This document shows positions 38,588-51,291 of a stretch of 64,000 bases of DNA, in pieces. The notes beneath the pieces were generated by a model. It was not told the DNA's origin. It did no database searches and worked only from the letters and a program-made list of their open reading frames with translations. The DNA comes from Oopsacas minuta (lineage: Eukaryota > Animalia > Porifera), in assembly GCA_024704765.1 (NCBI GenBank), contig JAKMXF010000332.1, forward strand, positions 731,886 to 795,885, in the 5' to 3' direction. The first letter of the stretch is position 1, and every line of letters begins with the position of its first letter. Made by a program: the position numbers and the translations under genes.

Positions 38588-40561
38588 ATGAATCATAACC
38601 TCCCCATTTCCCGTTCTAAAGAAAGTATTTATAAGGAGATTTTATCAAGTAATATTCTTATAGTTGCAGGAGAAACTGGATGTGGAAAAACAACACAGAT
38701 TCCTCAATTTGTCAGTGATATATTGTCCCAAAACAGCCAATCTCAATCCAAAGTTTGTTGTGTCCTGCCGAGAAGAATTGCTGCTATAAAAGCGGCCGAA
38801 TACGTTGCTATTGGAATGCATTGTGAAGTTGGGCTAAAGGTGGGTTACCAAGTACGGTTTGAAAACGTTACTTCCCCTCTAACCACTATCTTCTTTAAAA
38901 CTGATGGGGTTCTATTTAGAGAGCTGATTCAAGACCAATATCTTATGAATTATTCTGCTGTTATTCTGGACGAAGCTCATGAAGGGACTATCTATAACGA
39001 TGTCCTCATGTCTTTTCTAAAACAAGCAGTATTACATCGAAAAGTTTCACATTCACCTTTGAAATTGATTATCATGTCAGCTACAATCAATGTTTTGGAG
39101 TTTTCAAAATTCTTTGATAATTGTAAAGTCCTCTATATTACAGGGAGACAGTATAATATAGACATTGTATTTTCTGAATTTCCACAATCGTCTTACATTA
39201 AATCTTCTCTGATCACTGCGATTAACATCCATAAAGAAGATAACTTTTCTAATCATTTGGGCTTTGGATCTATTTTAATATTCCTCACAGGTGAGGAAGA
39301 AATCAATACTGCAGCTAAGCAACTTAAGTGCATGAGTATTATATTCGCAAGGGATTTTCCATTATGTCCCAAGATAAAAATTTGTGTTTTATATGCAAAT
39401 TTAGCCAAGAAACATCAACAAGAATCTATATCATTGTCTAAACATAATGAACGAAAGATCATTATTGCAACTAACATTGCAGAGACAAGTTTAACTATCC
39501 CTGGGGTTAAATTTGTTATCGATTGTGGAAAGATAAAGCGGAGACACTTCAATCATTTATCAGGCTTAGAATCATTGAAGGTTTGTAGTATCTCCAAAGA
39601 ACAGGCAAATCAGAGAGCTGGAAGAGCAGGTCGAGATCAACCTGGAAAATGTTATCGTTTGTATACTTCAATTGATTGGGATGATATGGATACTTCCAGC
39701 AAACGAGAGATTTGTTGCTGTGACCTAACAAGTATTATTTTCGAAATCATTGCAATAGGTGTTAAGGATATCCAAAATTTCAGTTTTTTTACGTCTCCAG
39801 GATCTGGTGTGATTAGAAGATCCTTGAATAATTTACTTGCATTGGATTGTATTGCTAAAATTGATGTTATTTACTCCAATGACTTTTTTCAACTCAATGC
39901 ACTTGGAAAACAAATGGTTCAATTTCCTCTCAATCCTTATTTTTCTAAGCTTATCTTACAATCAATTGAATACCATTGTACCAAGGAAATACTCATAGTT
40001 GTTTCATATTTATCTCTAGAAGCTATTTATAATTCATTTGAAAAAGTGGACGATTTCTATAAGATTACAAATTCATTCGACGGAAATGCTGGAGATCATA
40101 TTCTTTATATAAATATCCTAAAGGGATGGATGAGTTCAAATATTAATTGCCATTCGGAAGATTTTCACTTTCTTTCTTTTAGAATTATTGAAAATTTTAG
40201 AAAAGTCTTCGAACAGTTAGCAGATATTTTTGCGAAAAATGTATCTCTACCAATTTGCTCTAATCCTAATATAATTGATATTCAAAAATGTTTACTTTCG
40301 GTATATTATCTGAATTTGTGTGAGCATAAAGGAAATGGAAGATATTTTGCTCTTAGTTACGGAACTATTTTTTATATCCACCCTTCATCATGTTGCTTCC
40401 ACCAACAACCAGACTTTCTCATATTCTCGAATATAATCACTACCACTAAACCATTTTTGAAATTCGTTACCCCAATCAACAAGGACTTTATAGGAGATTA
40501 TATTGAGAAAATCCGAAAGATAAATAATAAGGGTATATTTACATTAGATGTTCTTGTTTGA
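38588..40561 (+). CDS. DHX33: DEAH-box ATP-dependent RNA helicase, DHX33/Dhr2-like, intronless, 657 aa from the first ATG
   Basis: GETGCGKTTQIPQF, DEAH, MSAT, ATNIAETSLTIPG, QRAGRAGR, GKCYRLYT, then HA2 and OB-fold region (IHPSS); orthology is judged by eye and less certain than the family call. Confidence 0.82.
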   Translation: MNHNLPISRSKESIYKEILSSNILIVAGETGCGKTTQIPQFVSDILSQNSQSQSKVCCVLPRRIAAIKAAEYVAIGMHCEVGLKVGYQVRFENVTSPLTTIFFKTDGVLFRELIQDQYLMNYSAVILDEAHEGTIYNDVLMSFLKQAVLHRKVSHSPLKLIIMSATINVLEFSKFFDNCKVLYITGRQYNIDIVFSEFPQSSYIKSSLITAINIHKEDNFSNHLGFGSILIFLTGEEEINTAAKQLKCMSIIFARDFPLCPKIKICVLYANLAKKHQQESISLSKHNERKIIIATNIAETSLTIPGVKFVIDCGKIKRRHFNHLSGLESLKVCSISKEQANQRAGRAGRDQPGKCYRLYTSIDWDDMDTSSKREICCCDLTSIIFEIIAIGVKDIQNFSFFTSPGSGVIRRSLNNLLALDCIAKIDVIYSNDFFQLNALGKQMVQFPLNPYFSKLILQSIEYHCTKEILIVVSYLSLEAIYNSFEKVDDFYKITNSFDGNAGDHILYINILKGWMSSNINCHSEDFHFLSFRIIENFRKVFEQLADIFAKNVSLPICSNPNIIDIQKCLLSVYYLNLCEHKGNGRYFALSYGTIFYIHPSSCCFHQQPDFLIFSNIITTTKPFLKFVTPINKDFIGDYIEKIRKINNKGIFTLDVLV

Positions 40562-40843
40562 CATTAGCCATATTGAATGGATTTTCTGGTTCCCCGCATT
40601 TTTTGCAATATCTACAATAGGAATTGAAAATTTAATTTAGATGAATTTATTGAAAATATTCCGATTAGGTTTACTTCTCGATTAAGAAATACATTGGATG
40701 CCGGATATAAGAACCACAACTTGAATGACGGAATCTTTTGTATTGTACTCCATGGAATTTTCCCGGGTGTAAGAACATTCTTAGTCTAGTACTAAATTGG
40801 TTCTCATTACCAATATGTTTGTATAATTCAGCATAAATTGGAT

Positions 40844-41813
40844 CTGTATATTTTGATCGAATTTTATGTAGAACTTTGATCAAATTTTCTTATGTCGAAC
40901 TTTGATCGAATGATGAAAAAGGCAAATTTTGATCAAAGTTCCACTAAATTGTCTCCAGTCGAACTTTGATCGAAAAATTGTAGAATTTTGATCAAAAATG
41001 GGAACTTTGATCGAAAATGAGAACTTTGATCGAAATTGGAGAAAATATACCAAAAAAATCCAACGATACGCCATTTTACAAGGATTAATAATAATCAATC
41101 CACAAAAAACTCCATCCAATCATAAAATTAGCATAAATTCCACACTCCCATTCTTTAGTAGCTAATAACGAACACAAATAAATACTCCCAGAGCCATAAA
41201 TTAGCAAAATAAATCCCTAATCCTCTCCCAATTGTACTCTTTCCAACTAATAAAATATAAAGTTAGTGTGGAATTTATGCTAATTTTATGATTGGAAGGA
41301 GTTTTTTTGGATTGATTATTAATAATCTTTGTAAAATGGCGTATCGTTGTATTTTTTAGTTGGATTTTCTCCATTTTCGAACAAAGTTCTCATTTTCGAT
41401 CAAAGTTCCCATTTTCGATCAAAGTTCCCATTTTCGATCAAAGTTCTCATATTCGATTAAAGTTCCCATTTTCGATCAAAGTTCTCATATTCGATTAAAG
41501 TTCCCATTTTCGATCAAAGTTCTCATTTTCGATCAAAGTTCTCACTATCGATCAAAGTTCCCATTTTCGATTAAAGTTCCCATTTTCGATCAAAGTTCTC
41601 ACTTTCGATCAAAGTTCCCATTTTCGATCAAAGTTCTCATTTTCGATCAAAGTTCCCATTTTTGATCAAAATTCTACAATTTTTCGATCAAAGTTCGACT
41701 GGAGATATTTTAGTGGAACTTTGATCAAAATTTGCCTTTTCCATCATTCGATCAAAGTTCAACATAAGAAAATTTGATCAAAGTTCTACATAAAATTCGA
41801 TCAAAATCTACAG
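40844..41813. mobile_element. foldback element with modular inverted arms
   Basis: Left arm 40844-41146 and right arm 41265-41813 are reverse complements around a 118-bp spacer; ends ctgta/tacag, both flanked by AT. Confidence 0.85.
41372..41675. repeat. tandem array, 16 x 19 bp (cattttcgatcaaagttc[c/t])
   Basis: Counted directly; the opposite arm has 3 units at 40982-41038. Confidence 0.95.
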
Positions 41814-43561
41814 ATGCACTATAACCTGCATCTACTACACAACATACCAGTTATAAGAACATTATTTCCAATTCCCGACGATGTTCTCATAACCGGCATT
41901 CACTGTATTTTCAAAATGTATCCATTACATACAGTACAACCTAGAATCAACCTCTACTGTGATTTCTAACATATACATTATACGACTCTCCCGACCTTTG
42001 TCAAGATTCTCTTCCAAACTGAGATCAATCTTTTATTAATTAATTACATAATTAAAATTAAATAATGCGAATATTTTCTTTATGGCATTAAATCAATTTA
42101 TATAAGTTATTATATTATTTTACCAAATCATTAAACATTAGTGCATAGTATTGTATCTTGTAAATTAATTGTATATATGCAATCCACAATTGCAGTGGTT
42201 CTCAACTGTACATTAAGCTTTGTGGATGATCTTTAATACTTAGAATATCGGGATAAAATAGTCCAAATCGGGGTGAAAAGCTCCAACATACCATCATGGG
42301 TTGGTATATTTAAACAAGTCGGTAAAATACAGACAAATAGAAAAATATTTATTTACCTTGTGGAAATCGGGATAATATACCTCCCAGAGGTACTTATGTT
42401 AGCAATCAGGTTATTCGAACAAAATCGGGGTTATCCAGACTTGTTCGGGAGGGTGGATAATATGCATTTATACCATTGCGGTATTTGCTCTATACATAGT
42501 ATTTTGAGATTCTTGTATTAAGGAACACCATGGACACACTCATCGTAGTATTTTGAGAGGAGTGTAGAACTATGAAATTTAGGTATGTAACACGAATTGT
42601 ACATGTGATTCTTTGTAATACTCAATTATCTATATTCTAGAGATGTAATATACCTTACAAATTACAATATTTCGCCTATATATAATACAGTACACAAAGT
42701 AACATTTATTCACTAACTTTTGTTTCACAAAATGACTGAATAACATTTTATTAATTTTAATAAAGTCAATAAGAGTTTCAAGGAGTGTGCATGTATACAT
42801 GAAACGTTACTATATTAAACGATCCATTTTGTAAACGAAAAACATTTCTTCCTCACTGATCTAATGTTGTCTTAATTAAACAAAATTTCGGAACAAGATA
42901 CCAGGGTTCAATGAATTAATAAATATATACGAAATACATAAAAATGAAATATTAAAACAAACATGTAATTTTCCAATAAGAAGGTAAAATGTACATAAAT
43001 TAACGTGAATTGTGATTAAGAAAAATTAAGCAATCATTTGAGAACTCGGCTCAATTATTTATTCATACTTCAGTGTAATTGTATAGGACTGTATATGCCA
43101 TAATCAAATAGGCTATATATGTAGGTGTACGTCCGTTTGTTGGCTCCCTGCGGCTGTTCGTTATCTAGAGTCCGATTAGCTTGGTACATACATATCAATA
43201 TGCACGAGCCTTTGGCTCTTCACTTCGCGATGAACTCTGCCCATTGTGCCTCAAGATATCCATTATTCTCCGAATTAATGGCCCCTTTGAGTATTATAAT
43301 ATAGATATATTTAGAACAATGTAATGCACAAATATACGTAATAGGCATATATATTATCGGATTATTTTGTAAGATTAACCCCCTTGTAGCCGTTGAGAGC
43401 AAGATCTACGTGTATTTTGAGATTTTGCTAATTTGTTTACTTTTATCCTAAAAACAACAATAAATTTGCTTATGAGAAACTTGAATATGCAAAAATCAGT
43501 TGAGAGCAAGTCTCTATGCACATTTTGAGATTTCAACTATTTGTTTACTGTATAGTATTTA

Positions 43562-44927
43562 CCGGGTGGCCCAAAAATACGGGCCCGTAAATTTCAACTC
43601 CAATCACCAATTATGTATCCTACAATAACCCAAATATTTTTGTTCCCTTGTTTTATGATACTTTAGCTTTCCAAAAAATGAAACAATGGAGTGTTATTCA
43701 AAGATCTTGGTGTGTCCAGCATTATTTCCAAACTCAATCTTTCAAGAAGATGCGAGAAGAATTTTTGCATAGATTCGATGTCCAAAAAGCACCTTGTAAA
43801 TCTAGATTACAGGATTGGGTGAAAAGTTCCAGACTGGAGGGACTGTTAATTACCTAAATTGTAAGTCTGACGTTCGGAAAAGTCATTCTGGAAGAAAGAC
43901 TCTGCGTAATCAGACCGTTATCTCTAATGTACGTGATTCTGTTGCCCAATCTCCAAAAAGATCAACGAGAAAGAGAGCTCAATGTTTAGGTTTATCTAGG
44001 ACTACCCTTCAAAGGTACTTAAATATGATCTTAATCTTTTCCCATACAAGATTCAGACACACCTAATGCTCAAACATGCTGATGAATTAAGGAGAAAAGA
44101 GATGACTACTGTTTTGATGGAGAAAATTGAGAGCACCAAATCCTTTTTGTCCCATCTCTGGACAACTGACGAAGCCCATTTCCACCTATATTGTCAGGTG
44201 AATTCTAAAAACAACATCTTTTGGGGCTCTTCACGACATGATGAAGTTAATGGAACGCCCTTGCACTGACAAAAAGTCACAGTGTGGTGTGCTCTCTCAA
44301 TGAAACTGATTATCGGACCGCTGTTTTTCGAGGAAAGTGTACAAACAGTAACAGTCACGAAGGAACGGTATGTTGATGTGCTGAATAAATTCTGGAATGA
44401 ATTGGAAACAAGGTGTCACACATATATACCCAAATCTTGGTTCCAGCAAGATGGTGCTACACCTCATACAGCCAATATCACTATCAATTGGCTCAAGGAA
44501 CACTTCAAACACCGTGTTGTTAGCAAGCGTTACAAGATTGGTTGGCCTCCCTACTCCCCTGATCTTAGTCCCCCAGATTTTTTTCTATGGGGCTATTTAA
44601 AAGATAGGGTATACAAGGACAGACCAAAAACTATCACAGATTTAAAGCAGAAGATTAAAGATGAGGTAAAGGGAATCAAACGATCAGTCTTGGAGTCGGT
44701 GATGGAAAATTTTACTCTGAGGATGCAAAAATGCAAAAATCAAAGTGGTTGTCACCTAGAACATCTCCTCTGAACTTAGAATATATTTAAGCTTGAATGC
44801 AATTATTTTGCACATCACTTACATACCTACTAAGATTATTAACAGTGAACTATCATTAATCTATAAATCAATATTATGTACTATTGCGGTAAAATATCAT
44901 GGGGCTTGTTTTTTTTGGGCCATCCAG
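43562..44927 (+). mobile_element. rosa/Visitor (DD41D) transposon, full length, frameshifted
   Basis: TA-flanked TIRs ccgggtggcccaaaaa / tttttgggccatccag (14/16); transposase 43678-44773 with TDEAHF, FQQDGATPH, WPPYSPDLSPPDFFLWG (D-41-D). Confidence 0.92.
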
Positions 44928-45269
44928 TATATAAACAACAATAAATTTAATTATGAGAAACTTCAAAATGCGAAATTCGAATTCAGCGTACTGGATTACC
45001 CATATAACTTGCATAAAATAAATAAAACAAAACAAAATTATGAAAGTTACAAATTGCTGTAGTTGTGCTCAATGGGGAAATTCACTTACGCTATACGCAT
45101 ATAAACGGTTGCTTACGCGTGCTCCTATGCGTTCCGATTAACGATTTAAAGTAATAATGACTTCCGTTTAGAATGTTTTATCTCTGCTAAGAATCATCAG
45201 TTGCGTTTCCAGCCCCGCAATAAACTTTAGACGGATGTATTGGTGGTATGTTTCTCGTGGCAGAAGAAT

Positions 45270-46160
45270 TCATTGAACTGTAGACACATAATCAGATTTA
45301 ATTCCATAGGTAAGACTAGGGCTGTCCAACGTTGATGTCACAGGCTCATAATTAAGGCCGTAATTAGTTATGTATATAGAATTGCTTGGATTGTTACTTG
45401 CGCGGAGTAAGCTCCATTCAACCTTGCGACAAAGAGATCCCCGTTCGGGATAATCGTTGTTAGCGATGAAAATACCAACATCCAAAATGGCAGAAGCGGC
45501 CATAATCTCTACATCACTTCTTCATATTCCTACAAGTTGGATGTGAATTTGGTCTAATAAGTATGTGGCGGTTTTATCTCTTTCTGATGGAAATACCACT
45601 AAAGGTATGTTGTCCCCTCACTTGCAATAAATCGCGAAATGATGGATCTAAGTTCAATGTGACGATTTTGGCTTCCTGCGATAATTTGAGAGACAACGGA
45701 AGAGGCAATTCCCATCTTTAATCATGGGTGTAGTCTCTCAAGGGATAATTATATTTACCAAGAGGTTGTCCAACTAATTCATCGATTGCTGGATCGGGAA
45801 TCAAATTTAGGCCCTAACTTCGCATAAGCATCTCTCTACCATCTTTCCGACACTATAAAATCTTTGAAATTCCAGTGAAAAATCGGTTACGGTCTTGTTA
45901 ATACCTCAGAAAAGGTTTCACAGAGCAAGTTTTGCCGATGTCGCGCAGCGGCTGGCAAGCATGGATGGTAATGCAATCCAATCAATACAATTATCGATTG
46001 TCCAATAGTTTATCACCAGATAACATTTACTGCCGACCTCGATACATGAAAAATATCTGAAACAAACCTCTGCGATTTGCCCTTCTGTAGTTTTGCTATG
46101 ATATTCAGCTTTAACTCGAGAATAATTGCTTGATGTTTCTTTTTCTTTGATGATGTACAT
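45270..46160 (-). pseudogene. OTU-family cysteine protease remnant, probably TE-borne
   Basis: DGNCLFRCLSQII at 45716, EIMAASAILDVGIFI at ~45510, IYITNYGLNYEPV at the C-terminus; broken by stops and frameshifts. Confidence 0.65.
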
Positions 46161-48900
46161 GCAGTTGCCATTATTCTAATAATATGTAATAAGGAACAAT
46201 ATATTTCCCACCCATAAACATACCATTATTAGGTATAGGTACGTGATCGGAAGTCATAGCAATAGATAGATGATAAAAATGGATAATGTCCGGATCTTAG
46301 AGAGTATAAATTTTGAACGGTCCGGTTCTGAATATAATTTAATTCAGTGACGCAAACATATACCATAAACCCAACCAATTACTCTCCACATGCTAGTCAT
46401 CACACCGTTTTGCGGGTTATTGCAAAATACAAAGAAGGAAAATAGTTTCTGTGAAAATATGACCCTAGGATAACATTGAGTGGATAATTTGCATAATTTA
46501 CTAGAATAAATCAAAGATTTAATATTTCGTAAGACAATGTTTTGCTAAAATTGCTGGTTACTTGGGGTGTATGATATACATGTAAAATGATTGAAATAGA
46601 AATCGTTAGGACACAATTATGGGCAAAATCTAAATGGATAATGTCCGGACCTCAGAAAGTAGAAATTTGTACGGGATTGACAGGTTTCGTATGTAGCACT
46701 AATGAAATCCTGAGATCCGGACACTGTTCGGATCTCGAAGGTTCTACTGCATAAGTGAATTCAGCTTAATCAATTTTTAGGCTTTCCCTAAATTCAATAA
46801 TTGATCCCTATCAAACTTTCACGGTGTTGCACTTTGGGGATTGACCAAATTACATAACAATTTCGTCATTCAAAAATTATATTTTGGATCCTTAGAATGG
46901 TCAGGATATGAGGAAAGTTTTAGGTAGAAAAATCTTCTGAAGTGATATCAGAGAAATTAAAAGAATTTGGAATGAATTTAGAATCGGATATTAGGAATAA
47001 CAACAAAAGGTTGTGTAATGATGGAAAAACTAGGACGGATGCACTAAATCGTAAAAATCATGAAAATATTATGTTAAGCTTATCTTAGTACAGATCAACT
47101 ATTTTGTGAATTTCAGTCGCTACACTTCAGATAGCATCTCCAAAAATAGATTGGATTTCTGTAATATTGTGATCAACTTCAGGGGTGGTCAAAAGATTCA
47201 AACAATCCCATTTACGGTACTTATTGGTACATATTACTCTTTTTCATGCATCCTTCCAATGTGGTAAGGTGTAAAATGTACACGATTATTGTAAAGTGGC
47301 GAATGCTGATGCACCAGGAAGGTAGAGATACAACCTCGCTAGTGCAAATATGGATACTGAAGCTAATTGAGATTTGATGTGTCAGTTTCTTAAAATTTGG
47401 ACGGGACTTGTTGCTAGAAAAGACCGACTCTCCCGCCATTTGGTACAAGTTTCTAAATTTGATGCTAGATCAACACTCTCGAAGTAGAAAGATGCGACTT
47501 TAGCAGCCGCACCTTCCAAAAACTAAGCTCTCTGATCATTCTTTCAGTATTTATAGTTATTTTAGATGAAACATTCGTAAAATTTGAAATCGATCTTAGT
47601 TTGATTTACTGAAAAAAATGTTCGGAGAGCTTTACACCTATGTTTTAAAAGTTGCACCTATGGTGAACATATAGTGTTCGCAAACTGTGCAGAGCAGCCA
47701 AGCGAAGCGCCTGAATTTGTAAAAAATATTCATGTCTTTCAGTTCCATTCACTTAGTATATTATGGCATCGACTTCATCTATATTCCTTGCTGCACCATT
47801 GACTCATTTATTTTTCCCCACAGTAATGAGTACTGCTACTGTTATGGAGTTTTATGGTCTGAAGTGGTGTTGTATTCTATAACAAACTGTATGATCGTAA
47901 AGATGGATGAAGAGTTCCAGAACTATGCAGGGCCAACTGGTTCACACTCAAACTTGGCTGGGCCGACTTTAATATGTGAAAATGGAAAATCACTCTCACT
48001 GTTGGTGCTAATGTGCAGCTGGCCAACTAGAAATTGCAATTCGCCAAGTGAAAAATAGACCGCTACTGTGTAATTAATACAATAGAAAGAAGTTGGTATT
48101 GTGAGGATCACAAGAACAAGTTGAGGAGGGGTGAGAGGAAAACAGAAAGGGTGCAGGGAGACCTGCAGCCTTTATCTCACCACCCGATTCAACTAGTACT
48201 ACTCGTCACGATTTAACTAAAAGCCTTATAGTTCAGGCTGAGGGTGCTGGACGATTAAATCAATTGGTGAGAGCAGGAGTAAGTCCCAATTGAAAATCTA
48301 GAGATCTTCCCAAAGGCGCATCCCTTGAGTTCTTGGGTAATCAAGACAGAGCAACTACATTTCAACCAGCAAATTCCATCCAAAGGCGGACAAAGCTTGT
48401 TGTTCCAACACTTTTCATCCAACAGCTGCAGTTGGCAACCACGACCTCTAACTCCTCGATGGAAAGCCTTATGAATTATCAATCAAACATTGGTTTAGAA
48501 CCCATCAAGTGTATCATAACTCAACAAACATGATTTTTGGAGGAGAAATCCCATCACGATTTTTGGGAGGTGTTTTCTGAAGCGTTTGGGCTAAAAGCCA
48601 CAAAACAGTGTATTCTTACTAAGATAAGCTTACCTTAATTTTGTAGTGTTGTTCACGATTTAGAGTGGACGTTCAGATGATACAAACATTTCAGCAATTA
48701 TGTTATGCCATGGTCTACAACTTGCAATTCAAGCTGAATTATATGTTAAAAATACAGAAGAACTCTCCTATCACTCGGGTGTTATTGAAACTGATGAAGA
48801 TGAACTAGATATAATGAATGAGAATGAAATTGATGGGTTAACTGTAGATTCTTGCCAAGGGAATAGGAAGTGTCTATGCCTTTATATTCTTGACTTAATG

Positions 48901-51291
48901 CAGTAGTTCTCAACCTTTTCTGGCCTTCCCCTCCCATGAAGTTTGCTCTCCCTTTTGGCCCCCCCCTCTCCCCAAATACTTTGAAATTAGTTTTTTAATT
49001 CAAATTAACAGTAATTAATGCGAACCTTGTAATTGCTTATTAGATGCTAATATTTAATTATCTGGACTATAACTTGATGCTGATATCCTTAAATCTTCCC
49101 TGAAGTCAAGTCGCCTGCGATGTTTTGACCTAAGAAAATTTGCTGAAGAAAACGTTTTCTCACAAAAATATGTTGTTAGAAATGGAAGCAAAAACAATCT
49201 TTCAGCTGTTTTGAAAGATTTGGTTCTATCCCTTCACCAAAAACCAGAATTTCGTTTTGTTAGCACAAGAATATTTAGCTTTTGCCTCCTCATTCGCCTG
49301 TAAATATAACAACTCGTCTACTAGGATGTCGTCTAAGTCCATCATATCTTCCAGTGACATATCCATCGGGGTTAGAAGGTATTTAGGGATTGATGGAACG
49401 TCCGAAAAGCGATTGGAAAATCAGTAACTAGATTCATCAAATGTTCTTCCACAAGGGGAGTAAATTTAACTTCAAGATGTGGTGAAGGAGAGAATTGCCT
49501 CTACACGTGGGAATATGTTCCATTGGTTGCTCAGTATACGTAAACGAAAGAATTTCAATTTATTTTGAAATGTAGTCACATTTTTCCATAGCCGCTGGGA
49601 GAAAAATCCCATCTCCCTGCAATCTAAGATTACTCAGGTCATATAGTAGAGAAGATTTCAGTAAGATAAGCTAATTTCAGTTTGAAATAGATGGATGAAA
49701 ACTCTTCTGTCTCGAAGAAATGTTTCTGATCTAGAAATTCACACAACTGATCATAAATAGAATATACTCGTTCAAGAGCTTTTCCTCTACTAAGCCAGCG
49801 AACTTCTGTGTGGAAAAGGAGGACGTCGTGTTCTGCTTCCGAATCTTCACATAGTTTTTTAGTGTACGTTCGTTCAAAGGACTTGATTCGACAAAGTTCA
49901 CAACTTTGATGACAAGGTTAAGTGTTTCATGAAGTTCAGGCTGGAGACTTTTAACAGCTAACGCCTGTTTATGAAGCATACAATGGATAAAACTGCACTG
50001 CGGTACTTCCCTTTTAAAACATCCCCAGAATCCAGTATCTCTACCAGTCATATTTCCAGCTCCATCTGTACTAACACTAACAACTTGGCTTAAACTAATC
50101 TGATGTGAGTCAAAATAGGATCTAACCATCTTGAAGATATCTTGTCCAGTGCAACGACATTCAAAATAATCAACGAAAAGCAATTCTTCCTTTATGCAAT
50201 CGTTATCGATGAAACGCATACAGACAATAAGAGTAGATTCTGCTCCAAATATTGACTCATCTAATTGAATGCTGATAGGAATTTCCTTTATAAGCCGAAC
50301 CAATTTATCTTCTAAATTCTGTGAAATTTCATTAATCCTCTTTACTGTATCATTAGATAACGTGATTTTGTTTAGTTTCTCAGCTGCCGCACTTCCCAGA
50401 ACATGCTTGGCACAAGCCAACAGTGAAGGTTTGATTAGAGTTTCTGCATCTGTGTGAGGTTTTTTAAGCTTTGCGATTAGAAAAGATACTTCATAGGATG
50501 CCAAAGTATAACATTTCAAATCGGTAGACTGAGTGAAGAGAGAAAAAGATTTCTCTTGATTCAAATAAACTTTCTTTTTCTGCGGAAAGTACTCTATTGG
50601 CTGCCCCACCTCTGTGGGATGTTTTGAAAATTGATGCGCTTTTAAATGATGAGGCCTCATAGAATCATTCGCCGAGCATACATGACCGGTCAAGCAAAGG
50701 GGTTTTAATTCGTCTGGACTAGAAATGAATCCAAACTTCAGGTAAGAGGGATCATAATGTCGAATTCTGCGTTTTGCATTTGGTTCGGACATAATCTTCT
50801 GATTGTATAGTAAAGTCTTGCAATGATAGGATTGAAAATGAATTAATGTAGATGCAGTTCTATGCCATATTTATGTAAATTGTAGAATGAAAATTGTATT
50901 GATCAATAGGATGCCATATTATTCATATTATTGGAATCACACATCGATGACGTATTCACAATCGAATACATAGTATTTATTGTCATACAAAAGCAATTTA
51001 TATTTGTCAGATGCATGGCATCTTTTCGAACCCTTACAAAGTATTAACAATAATTATATCTGAGTACTAACTTTATCGACGTAATATGCAAATGGGTTTT
51101 TAAAAGAGCGAGAAATTGAATACAAAGATATAAAATAAGTAGCAGTAGCGATGAGCCTCCTCTGACTAGTTTATTTACGCACACCCCAAGTATAGATTGT
51201 TCTCTTCGGATATGTATCCCCTATCTATCCCCCCTCTTCGGTATTGCCATCCCCCCCCAATGGGGGATATCCCCCTGGTTGAGAACTACTG
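48901..51291 (-). mobile_element. hAT Buster/Charlie-type transposon, full length
   Basis: Perfect 15-bp TIRs cagtagttctcaacc; perfect 8-bp TSD acttaatg; 2391 bp. Confidence 0.96.
49015..50792 (-). pseudogene. Buster-type (ZBED5/SCAND3-like) transposase, frameshifted
   Basis: 353-aa ORF with YLKFGF, ASYEVSFLIAK, SIQLDES, TDGAGNMTG, HCMLHKQALA; shifted C-terminus ends QLQGSH*. Confidence 0.9.

Noticed and set aside
41360-41665. 101-aa repetitive ORF (..FDQSSHFRSK..)
   Set aside because: It is simply the translation of the 19-bp tandem array
41372-41675. 19-bp array as a CRISPR array
   Set aside because: Units are head-to-tail with no unique spacers, there are no cas genes, and the context is eukaryotic
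47220-48110. Possible hAT dimerisation-domain remnants
   Set aside because: The similarity (LP..S....F) is too weak to call without a profile search
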